This document shows, piece after piece, positions 13,727-24,481 of a stretch of DNA of 64,000 nucleotides. The notes under the pieces are model-generated. The model worked only from the letters and a program-made list of their open reading frames with translations, was not told where the DNA came from and did not search any database. Each line of letters starts with the position of its first letter. The first letter of the stretch is position 1. Location of the stretch: assembly GCA_021613535.1 (NCBI GenBank), contig CP075497.1, positions 3,534,001 through 3,598,000 on the forward strand, given 5' to 3'. A program made the position numbers and the translations under genes. Origin of the DNA: Adineta vaga. Lineage: Eukaryota > Animalia > Rotifera.

Positions 13727-15342
13727 TTCGTCGAAATGAGACAATATGTTGTCTAATTGGATTTGGTATTGGTGTGGGTTGTTGTATACTTTATCGTCTT
13801 ATATCAAATTTTCTTGCTCCTACTTCAACTTCATCATCATCATCAACAACAACATCTATCTCAGCTAATACTTTATCGTCTTTGTCAAACAATAAACGTG
13901 ATGTAAGCAACAACTCTCATTTACCGCTTCTAATGAATCTAGAACATGTTTGAAAAGAAAAAAGGTCAACTAATAGTTTCATGCTTTTTTTCTTTTCTAT
14001 TTCGAATAGGCAAAAGCAGCACATATGGGTCAAGAACATTCATCATTTTCTTCCAATGGAAATGAAATAACTGTTACATATACAAAACGACCACGTTCAT
14101 CAACAAGTTCAAAACCAACTCTACCTGTAACTCATCACAATGCAACAGCAATCAATCGATCGCAACATCAATCCTATGCGAATGATTCAGATCGTGAACC
14201 ATTACTTGGTTTACCAATTGATAAACATCATGATTATATTCCAAATAAAACTTTTACTACCAGTCATTTATCTGATGAAATGACATGGTCAGAAATGTCT
14301 TCATCGTTAGGAACAGTTGGTTTATTACAAGACTCTTATCATTCCAATTCATTAACGGGTGATTCTGGTGTTGATTGTCAAGAAATTTCAACAATACGAT
14401 CATCTCGTAATCAACAACGTCTTCATGATCTAACGACAACATCAATAACAGCAGCAGCAGAAACTAATCCAATATCAATTATTGATGATGATGATGATGA
14501 TGACGATGAATCGATGATTAATTATTCAACTAATGAAACTAATACATTATATTCAGGTTCAAGAAGATATGATTCAGATACGGCGCTTAGCCGTGGTGTC
14601 ATACTGCAAGATACACGTAAATAAGTTTTAATTAATAAATCATTCATCTAATTAACAATCGTTTGTTTTTTAAATTTTGATTCTTTAGAAACAGCTACAG
14701 AATCACATGTGATGTCATATATGTCGACAGAGAAAGGTTTAGAGCGAGCATTAGAACAAACAAGTCGATTCTATTCTGATCTTGAACATATAGCTACTGA
14801 TTTAAGTACTCTATCCAAACGATATTCTCAATCTCAAATGTCCATTTCACCATCATTATCGAAATATTATCATCAACACAATCGACCAGTATTTAATACA
14901 ATCGATGCACTTGATTGGGATTGGCATGATATTCATTCACCACCTCTAATGCAATCACCAAAATTATTTCAACGAAAACAGTATTCATCATCTTCATTAC
15001 CACGTTTAAATCAAATGTCGATGAAAAACAAAGTTCGAAGAAAATTAAATCAGACAACTAATCAAACAGAATATCATGAATCAGATTTAGAAATGCGTAC
15101 AACACATTCATATGATTGTACAAGTTCGCCATTAAAACGAAGTAAATTGAAAAGAATATTTCTTTAAAAAAAAAGGAATTTATTATTCTCGTCATTTTCT
15201 AGGACCAAGTTCAGTTTATTTTGACTCAACAGATAATACAAGTGGTGATGAAAATTTCGGAGATGAAACACTTCAAATTCCTTCCTCGCCAACGGTGCTA
15301 CCTTCCTCAAGAACGACCGAATTTTTTTCGACTACTAAATAA
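13727..15342 (+). CDS. Common exons of an orphan single-pass membrane protein (TM segment, Ser/Thr-rich disordered region, short coiled coil, LIR-like and FFAT-like motifs)
   Basis: Exons 13727-13902, 14010-14616, 14689-15141 and 15203-15342 join in frame via GT-AG introns; TM ICCLIGFGIGVGCCILYRLI. The 3' end is uncertain because of a possible extra intron at about 15295-15370. Confidence 0.75.
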
Positions 15343-17152
15343 AATCTCGTTTCTTTTTTATTTTACATAGTTTTTCATTTCCGGTGGATGATGGAATGAA
15401 GAGCCTTACGAAACAAACACACTTTAAAAAAACCCACTCTTCAGTTATTTCTATGTAACTTCATCATTTTTCTTGGTGATACAGTGAGATCTATCCCTTT
15501 CTCGGTGTGTCAGATTCTGTGTATGTATTTGTTCATGACATCTTCTCTTTTCCTTTATGTGTACATGTCATTCTTCTCTCTCTTTGTTTGACAAATGTCT
15601 CTTGTTCTTTTCGTTTATTCTTATGATTGTTTTCCTCATTTTTTTGTTCAAATTGCATTTGATTACTACACGTATAGATCGATGAATAATCCCTTGTTCT
15701 TTATATGGAAAGATGATGATAATGATTGTTGACAGACACAAAAAAGTATTTAGTTTGATTTAAATGTCTGTCTAGCATATATTCTCTCACACCATACCTT
15801 TTTCTTTTGTTTATTTTCATTCTTATATACTGGCCATTGTTCTTCTTGGCATATATCACATACGAGATATACATATGTACTTCAAAATAAATACGAACAG
15901 CTAGATTTGCTGATAGATATCTAGATTCTAATTAAAATTTCTTTCTTTTCAAAACAAAAAAGATCCTTGAAACGAATACGATGACTAATTATTATTTTCA
16001 TTATTTTATGTCTAAAGAAATTTACAGAACAAACATTTTCAATCTTCAAATGTAAATTTACTTAGAGTCTGTAGATGTTTGTTTCTTTCTTTGATTAAAT
16101 ATGACTGAGTGTTATTTTTGCAAACAAAAATAGATAAATAAGAATTGTCAATGACAATTGTTAATTTCATCGATTCGTTATTATTCATTGCCATACCTCG
16201 AACAATTTCTAATCTCAACTGCATGACAATACGAGTTGTTTTTCTTCGAAAGTAAAACTACAATATTTCTCCTGAGATTTTCATTTGATCAAATATTAAG
16301 AAGAATAAGATTAAATCTGATGTATGTTTTCATTTCTTAGTAAGAAAAACTCAGCAGTTGATTTCTTTGAGTTAAGAAGATGATTATCTTCGCAGTGTAT
16401 GATCTTATTCAAAACTGACATGATTAATACCTTCTAAAGTCATGTTTTCATTCAAAGTAGACCTTTTTTGATGAAAATGTCAAAATCTGAATGAGGAATA
16501 GTAGTTTTTGAAGTTTAATAATCTGATGTATTTAACATTTGTCATATGACAAGAAATATGAAATAACGTAATAATAAATATCACACGTATTCATCTTATC
16601 TTTACGATAATATCATGTAAAGTAACAGAATGGAAAGAAATTCTTTGTGTAACCTTCTTATGATTTAACACAGAATGACTTTAGTTGCCTAGACAAAACT
16701 AATCTTCTAGGGCAAAATGAACAAAAGTACACGAGACAAAATCAATCTCTTCAGAATGTATTAACATCGAGTGAAGTTTTTTGAATATTTCAAATTCATT
16801 CGATCACATTTGCAATGTACTCGAACAAAAATTGATCAGAGATAATGTTTAGTAGTTGTTGTACTTTATTAGAAAAAGACAAATAAAAGGTTTTTTTAAA
16901 ATACAATGAAATATATGTCACATACACATACAATAGTATCACAAAAGTCAATAGACAATACAGATCTCATCTTTTCTCTTTTACTTTCTTTCTTTCTTCC
17001 TTTTTGTACATATACATTCAAAAAAAAACCTGAAAAATATCAACAAGAATATGAAGAGAAATCTGCATGAGTATATACATGAATCAAAACATCAGTTGCA
17101 TATTGTAGTGCATGATATTGTGCAAAATCTTTGTTTAGCTTCAATCGAATAA

Positions 17153-17754
17153 TTACCAATCATCATCATTGTTGTTTTTTGAATGTGGAATGAATTTGAG
17201 AAGTAGTGCAGCATCGACATTAGTAGAACAATGTGGACATGTTAAACTTTTTTCTAACCATTTATCGATACAACTTGGATGAAAAATATGTCCACCATCG
17301 CATGGTAATTGTCGTACTTGTTCGTCAGGAAGAAAATCCATTAGACATATATCACATCTACGAAGAAAAACAAATTAGATTGATGAAAATTTTCAATTCA
17401 AAAACACTTTACTCGGTTTGTTTGACTGTTTTTTCATTGTAACTTATCAATGGTAGATGTTCAACAAGATTTCGACTTTGAGCTGCTTTAATTGCATCCA
17501 AATCAGCAGATGAACGATTTAATATGACTAACTAGAAATAATAATTTACAAATAGAATTCTAGTTACATTTTATTACTATGCATACTTTTGGCATGTGTT
17601 GATTTGATAGTGTTGAATTTGGATGAGTGAAAGTTAAATAACCATTTGAAGAAGGAAGTGTTGATGAAGTAGGCATTGAAGCAAAAGGAGTGACAGGCAC
17701 ATGAAGTAGACCAGAGTGATCTTCAGGCATACGCCAACAGTTACCCATACCCAT
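17153..17754 (-). CDS. RNF11: RING-H2 E3 ligase, RNF11-like (3 coding exons)
   Basis: N-terminal MGNC...SGLLH acylation/di-leucine motif, RNLVEHLP, RING CDIC..LPCDGGHIFHPSCIDKWL..TCPHC, C-terminal VDAALL as in RNF11. Confidence 0.8.
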
Positions 17755-18153
17755 GGAGATGCAATATATATTAGTGAATGTCTGTAGGAAAATGCGAGAA
17801 AATCTAATGATAAAAAGTATAAGGTACGTGTTTATATATATATATATACGTATCTATAGATAATTGAAGAGCGATGGAGAGCGTACGAAAAGATCAGCTG
17901 GGATCACCTTCTTCTCTTCTCTCTTGCTCTTCTTCATCTCAATGCAATTGAGTACAAGTGACTCAATCTTAATCATATGGATATGAACCAATCTGAACAA
18001 GTTTTCTATTTTTTATTTTAAATTGAAAATCTTTCAATTTCAATTAAATATCTTCAGATTAATTTTTAAATAAATTTTTTCTAAAAAAAACAGATGTCAC
18101 TAATTATTTTCAATAAAACTCTCTTCGTTGGAGATGCACATGAGCACTCGTCT

Positions 18154-18162
18154 AAAATGGCG
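18154..18162 (+). promoter_or_regulatory. YY1/PHO-like site (AAAATGGCG) in the RNF11/Rab5 divergent promoter region
   Basis: Match to the AANATGGCG consensus just upstream of the Rab5 5'UTR intron (about 18179-18263). Confidence 0.35.
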
Positions 18163-18354
18163 CTGTCTTCTCGTCGTCGTATGATTTCTTTTCTTCTTTC
18201 GCTGAGCGTGTGATTGATAAGTCATGACATATATTTATATTTGAATTTCGTTCTCTCTTTCAGATACATTATTCCCAATCCCTTCATTTTGTGTTTTCCC
18301 GAAAATTGAAAAACTAGAACCGTCTTCGTTTTTTTTCATCTTCAAATATTGACA

Positions 18355-19111
18355 ATGACTAGCAATAATCGTTCAACAACTAATGCACCTGCAAATCGAT
18401 CAACAGCAAATGGTCAAGGAACACGAACCTGTCAGTTTAAAATGGTTCTATTAGGTGAATCAGCAGTTGGAAAATCTTCATTAGTACTTCGATTTGTCAA
18501 AGGACAATTTCATGAATACCAAGAATCAACTATTGGTGCAGCTTTTCTTACACAAACTGTCTCTGTTGATGATACAACAGTCAAACTTGAATTATGGGAT
18601 ACTGCTGGACAAGAAAGGTATAGTTATTGTTTTGAAAGATTTTGTCTTTTTTTTTCTATCGAAAGTTTCCTATTTATACAGATATCATTCATTAGCACCG
18701 ATGTATTATCGTGGTGCACAAGCAGCTATTGTTGTTTATGATATAACAAATGCGGATACATTTAGTCGAGCTAAAGTATGGGTTAAAGAATTACAACGTC
18801 AAGCAGCACCAAATATTGTTATTGCCTTAGCTGGAAATAAAGCTGATTTAGCGGCGAAACGTCAAATTGAAGTTGTTGATGCTCAAGCATATGCTGAAGA
18901 AAATGGCTTAATATTTATGGAAACATCCGCTAAAACAGCAATGAATGTAAATGATATATTTATGGCAATCGCGAAGAAATTACCGAAAAATCAAGATTCA
19001 TCTACGGCAGGTGGAAAACCTGCCGGTGGTAATTCGATAACTGTAGATCGACCAGCAAATTCTGGCGCAGCCGGAAATGATGGAGGATGTTGTGGTAGTA
19101 GCACCAAGTGA
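18355..19111 (+). CDS. RAB5: Rab5 small GTPase (one coding intron, about 18618-18681)
   Basis: [31 protein letters not shown]|[26 protein letters not shown]-terminal GGCC prenylation motif. Confidence 0.97.
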
Positions 19112-19976
19112 AAGAATCTTTCTATATTTCTTTTTTTCTTTTTCTTTTTCTTTCTCTCATCTTCTCCTTCTTACTTTGGAAAAAAACTGATCTTCAGACG
19201 CTCTTCACGAACAAAATCGATTCGTCAAAAAAGAAAGAAGAGACTTATTCAACTAAACTCAAAATATTCAACCATACGTCGTCAAATCTTTTGTTTTTCT
19301 TCATTGTAAATAACATGTATTAATATTCTTTTGTTCATTTTCTCTTTCTATCACAGTGATATCAGTTAGATCGGCTAAAAGAAAAACAAGATTAATAAGC
19401 AGATCATTCGTTTACATACACTCAAGCATATACATTTTATTTATCTATTTAAATGCGTTGCGTCTCTTGATTTGAAGTTTTTTCTTCTTCTTCATTCTTT
19501 ATTCAATCTCTCGTGTCTTGTATCTCTGTAAATCTTTTTTGTTGTCTTTTATTTGCTTGTGTTTTTTCTTCATTTCTTCTTTTTTTTGCGTATTTACAAA
19601 ACAACTAAACTTCTATATATGCATATATCCAATCTATTCGATCTTTTCAATCAGGTAATTATTTCAATTTCGAATTTATATACTTACAATCATAGATAAA
19701 GATAATCACACCGAAGGATTATATAACTTTCGTCTCATATAACAAATCTATTATCTCTAATGTTTAAAAATTAGTACTTGTTATTCTTTCAGCAGCATGT
19801 ATTCTCTACTGCTGATGTATTTGTTTTATATTTAAAAAAAAAGAAAACATCCAGAGAAATCAAGTCGTCTATATGCAGTAACAAAAAAAAAGATAACCTT
19901 AAAAAAAACTGAGCACAACAACAATGAACATGACGAACAAAGAAAAAAAAGAAGGTTCTTATTGATGAAAACATAG

Positions 19977-22695
19977 TTAGGAATTGTTTGTTGATGTCGA
20001 ATGAGTATGAGTTGGAAGAGCAACAAAGGATTTATTCGATGTTAAATGACCAAAATTTTCTTTCAATAGAATTTGAAGTCGATGACGATTACCTATGAGA
20101 TAAAACAAAAAATCACATCAATAAGAATAAGAAAGACAAAATCATTTCATACCATCAAGTAAATCTAAATAGAATTTCAATTGAAATGAATGTGCTGGTT
20201 GGGATTTGCCAAATAGATTAACAAACTATTGACGAAAAAGATGAAAATTAAAAATTTGAAAAAATAAGGAGACAATGAACGAACTAGATTGAAATTTTTG
20301 AAAGCTTTTTCGACATCATGGGTAATTGCATAGATAGCAGCAATGTTATAATAAATAATTGCTTGTCCAACACGCGCATCACGTGGTGACCAATTGATAA
20401 AATCAGCTAAAAAACGAATACAATCTTCGAAAATTTGATTCATTTTTTTCTTCTTCTTCTATTACCTTTTGGAACCGTTGGTGTTGTCTCTGGCGTATCA
20501 GATTTCTCTTCTACAAAGAACAAAAACAAACAAACAGATGAAAGAATACCAAAATAAGCAGACATGTTTCTTCTACCTTTATCAACTGTTGTAATAGGCA
20601 TTTTAAATGAAAGATCATTTTCATTTTTCACTGTATCTGCATCAAGTTGATTAAGTGCTAATTCGATTTTATTCATTGCTAAGAAACTTTCGGATAAATA
20701 TAATCGTGCAAGATATCTATTGAAAAAAAAATATATACAAAGAGAAAAAAAGAAGAAAGATCTATAACAAACTTATGTCCAGATGCTGCTCGAGGTTCAT
20801 TTAATAAGTTTGTTGCATAGGTTTTTGCTGAAACAAAATCATTTAAACATAAAGAAACATAAGCAGCTGCTGTTAAAATTGAACATTTTAACGAAAATAT
20901 ATCACCGATTCTCATCGGATTTCCTGGTGGTGCGGAATACAATTTTGTTTCTTCTTTTCTACAAAAATAAAAACGTGATTTTATCAAAAAATAAAACCAA
21001 TATCTTACTGTAAATCCACATCAGTAATCACTGGTAAAGATGTTAACGCATTTTTCAAACAAATCATCGCAAATTCCATTGAACAATTTTCATTATGATT
21101 TGTCGTTGATTTTTTTCTTGATATTGATGTATTACAATTGCCAAGAATTAATTTATGATGAAAACCTGTTCCAATCGATTGTAAAACACATTTCAATTTT
21201 TCTTCTAATTTAAATATATCGTCATTTGATGAGCGATATACCATAATACAACATTCAGCTAAACGTAACCATAAACGAATATTATTCGAATAAATATGTA
21301 TAACTTCAATTAAACATTCAAATGCTGCTAATGGTTGATTTTTAAACAATAATTGAATTCCTAGATTATAAAGAATTTCATATTTACGATTAATTTGATG
21401 AATAATTAATTGTTTATCATTCGAATTTAATTGTTCAACTAATAAACGATTGTTTTCAGTTAATGCACGACGCATATAGAATAATGCAAAAGCTGATTTA
21501 TGTAAATGAAAATGTATACATGAAAGATTATTATAAAAACAATGAGATGAATGGTTTGATAAGGAAATGGATGATGAATTGTTTTGTTGATTATTCGTAA
21601 GAATTTTTAATGCTCGAATATGATTTTCTTTTAAATATTCGAAATTTGCACGAGCATAAGTTAACGTTGTTGATGACTAAAGAAAAATATCGAATGAATC
21701 GAAATTCGTTTTTGAAATAAAATCTTCAATTTACTAGATTAGTGTTTTGAAGTTGTTTTAATTCTTTTTTACATGTTCGTAATGATTTTAACATGAGTAA
21801 ACAACGAATTTTATACTGAAAATATGAAATATAGATGGAAAGAAACAAAAGAAAGGAAACGAACCAAACTAATTTTTGATTTGAGAATTTCAAAATTATC
21901 GTTCAACATATTTGGACTATGAGATACACCATTGGATGATGGACTAGTTCGTTCAGTAAGTAATTTTTCGAGATGTACAACTGCTCCAAATGCCTTTTCC
22001 GGCTAGAAAAAACAAAACATGATGATTATATTTTGAAGACAGAAAAAAGCTTCTCTTACTTGAAATGTACATAAATCAAGTTCGGATAGAAGAAGACAAA
22101 TTTTCCATGAAAGCGTCTCATCTAAAACACGTTAAAAGATAAAATAAAAGATCTTGAAATCAAATGTACCCAGTTGTCCGATTAATCGAAAGAGTTTTTC
22201 AACAATTATCAATGCTGTTTGATATTGACGCATATGATAGAGAAGAACAGCCATGTTATAGAATAATGTACATTGATCGGGTTCTTCCAATGTTGTAACA
22301 TTGTCTAATGCACAATTAAGCTAAGAATCAAACAAGTAAAAGTAAGAAATATACGAAACAAGATGATGAACATTACCTTTTCGGCGATTTTATTCAGTTG
22401 ACTTTTGAATATTTCAGTTTTTTGAAAACTTGACATAGCATATTCAGTTAGTGCAATATTGAACAACACTTTAGGATCATCGGGATATGTTTCTGAAAGT
22501 TTTTGTAATGTTTTCAGACAAACTAAATTAAATCGAGTTTTATTTTTCGTATAAAAAAAAGTTTTATTACATACCATCGAATTGTCCTCCTTCATATTCT
22601 TGTTTTGCTTTCAAAGCTAATTCTTTATCTTGTTCAGAAAATACTGAACTTGTTTCAATATTATTAGTTAAAGTTGTATTATTATCTTCACTCAT
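19977..22695 (-). CDS. CNOT10: CCR4-NOT complex subunit 10 (TPR protein), multi-exon
   Basis: DPKVLFNIA, YNMAVLLYHMRQY, YARANFEYL, FYNNLSCIHF, YEILYNLGIQLL, AFECL, RLWLRLAECCI, AAYVSLCLND, YLARLYLSE; all exons spliced in frame to stop TAA. Confidence 0.9.
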
Positions 22696-22754
22696 AGTTA
22701 ATCAAGAAGAAAGAATAGAAAAAAGAATTATCTGAAAAAGATAAGAATTTTCAA

Positions 22755-24121
22755 TTAGGAATGATGACGTTTCTTTTTTCTCGTTGAACGATCTTTCGAT
22801 CGAGATCGTTTATGTTTTCGAGAAGATTTTAATGAAGGATTTCGAAAGACATGTAAATAATTACAACGACGACCTTTCGGACATTTACCAAGTTCAGATA
22901 AACCTTTAAGAAAAAAAATGAATAAATTATCACTCAATGAATGTATTTTTACCACAAATTGCTGTTGACCAACTAGGAATATTTACAAATTGACATTGAA
23001 CCATTCGACCAGCATAGTACCGAGTATTTAATGCTTGATATGCTAGCATTGCTTGATAATCTCTGTAAGAAATCGAATGAAGATGAGAAAACATCATCAT
23101 AAGAAGAAGAAGAATACTTACGTTTCATATTGAACATAAACATTACCACGTAAATGTATTTCAGAATTTAAACAAACTTTAAATGTTGTTACACGACCAA
23201 ACCGTTCGAATTCAGGTAAAACATCAAAATAAAAATCTTTAAAATTTTCATATCGTTCTGATTCTTCAAATTCTAAACCAATATCTAAATAAATCATGAA
23301 AGTTTATATCTACATTTCACATTCGATTCAATTTTTTTCTACCAAGATCATATTCTTCGTCCAATCCATATTGCATTTCGAAATTTGAATACATATTTAC
23401 AGCTAATAAAGTATTGGTAATATCTGATTTTGGATGTGTTCGACGGCAACTATAATGTGTAATAACAACGGCCTTTTAAAATGAAATCTATAAAATAGAT
23501 CGAACAAACCGTTCACCATATCGACAAACACCTGTTTTTAAGTAGAATAAACATGAAGGACGTTCAATACTTGGATTGTTCGTTACTTGAATGGGTGGAA
23601 ATGGATTATGTATTGGAACTGTAATTGATGGTACTTTTTGTTTCTCTTCGTATTCTTTTCGTTTAATTTCTCTTTGTTCACGTATTCTTCGACTTTTTTC
23701 ACTAGATAAAATCTGAAAATAGATGTTAATTCTTCTTTCTCAACATACTGTTCTTCTTCTTCATCAATTTCTCTTTGTTTTCGAAGATTTTCTCGATGAA
23801 TAATCCATGCTTGATACAATGGATCATTTTCTCTTTGGATTTCTTCTAAACGAAGTTTTTCATCACGTTCTTTGCCATTCTTTTGTCGAATGATTTGTCG
23901 ACGAAGTTTTTTAATCAATAATCGATAAATCTTATGACTTAAATATTGATAAAAAAAGAAAAAGTCAAGGAGAATAAATATGAATATTATATAGAGAAAA
24001 AAAAACTTTCAATTCGAGAAAAAAAAGGATATTTGTTATACTTGAAGACACTTGTTGGATATTTGTCTTTGAATTGTTTGATTTTATTGAATTTCAATTG
24101 TTGAAATACTTCATTATCCAT
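22755..24121 (-). CDS. ZRSR2: U2AF35-related protein ZRSR2/Urp (CCCH-UHM-CCCH-short RS)
   Basis: HKIYRLLIKKLRR N-terminal helix, CLFYLKTGVCRYGERCRRTHP, FKDFYFDVLPEFERFG..HLRGNVYVQY, ICGL..CPKGRRCNYLHVFRNP, RSRS tail. Confidence 0.92.
23938..24032 (-). other. Candidate U12-type (minor spliceosome) intron, AT-AG, overlapping a U2 GT-AG intron (24041-23938)
   Basis: Minus-strand 5' splice site ATATCCTTTT at 24032; branch site TTCTCCTTGAC with branch A at 23965; phase-2 in-frame acceptor AG ending at 23938. Confidence 0.7.
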
Positions 24122-24481
24122 TCGAATGTCTATTTCAAATAAATCTTCCTGATTTTCATTTGTGATCCATAGTTTATTCGATTCCATTCAATGAACCAAT
24201 GAAATTCAAGTACATATGTGTCGACATATTCGGAAAATAAAAACAAGCACATGATTTTTTTTCTCTCATCGATAATCATGATAATTTCTATTGTTGAACA
24301 AATGATTTGTTAGCTTTTTTTCATATGTTTTGGAATATAGTCACATTTTGATGTTTACTTGGTGGTATAAATGACCTTGACAAATAATGTCACTAGCACG
24401 ATAATCAATCAAGGAAAAACTGATTGTGTTTGTGTGTATGTTTAACTATTGATTTCTTCTTTTTTAGAGTAGATTTTCAAC

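Noticed and set aside
15371-15427. FFISGG-TGA-WNEEPYETNTL, possible stop-codon readthrough
   Set aside because: It depends on an uncertain weak donor (GTGCTA), the readthrough context is not canonical, and the terminal exon structure is unresolved.
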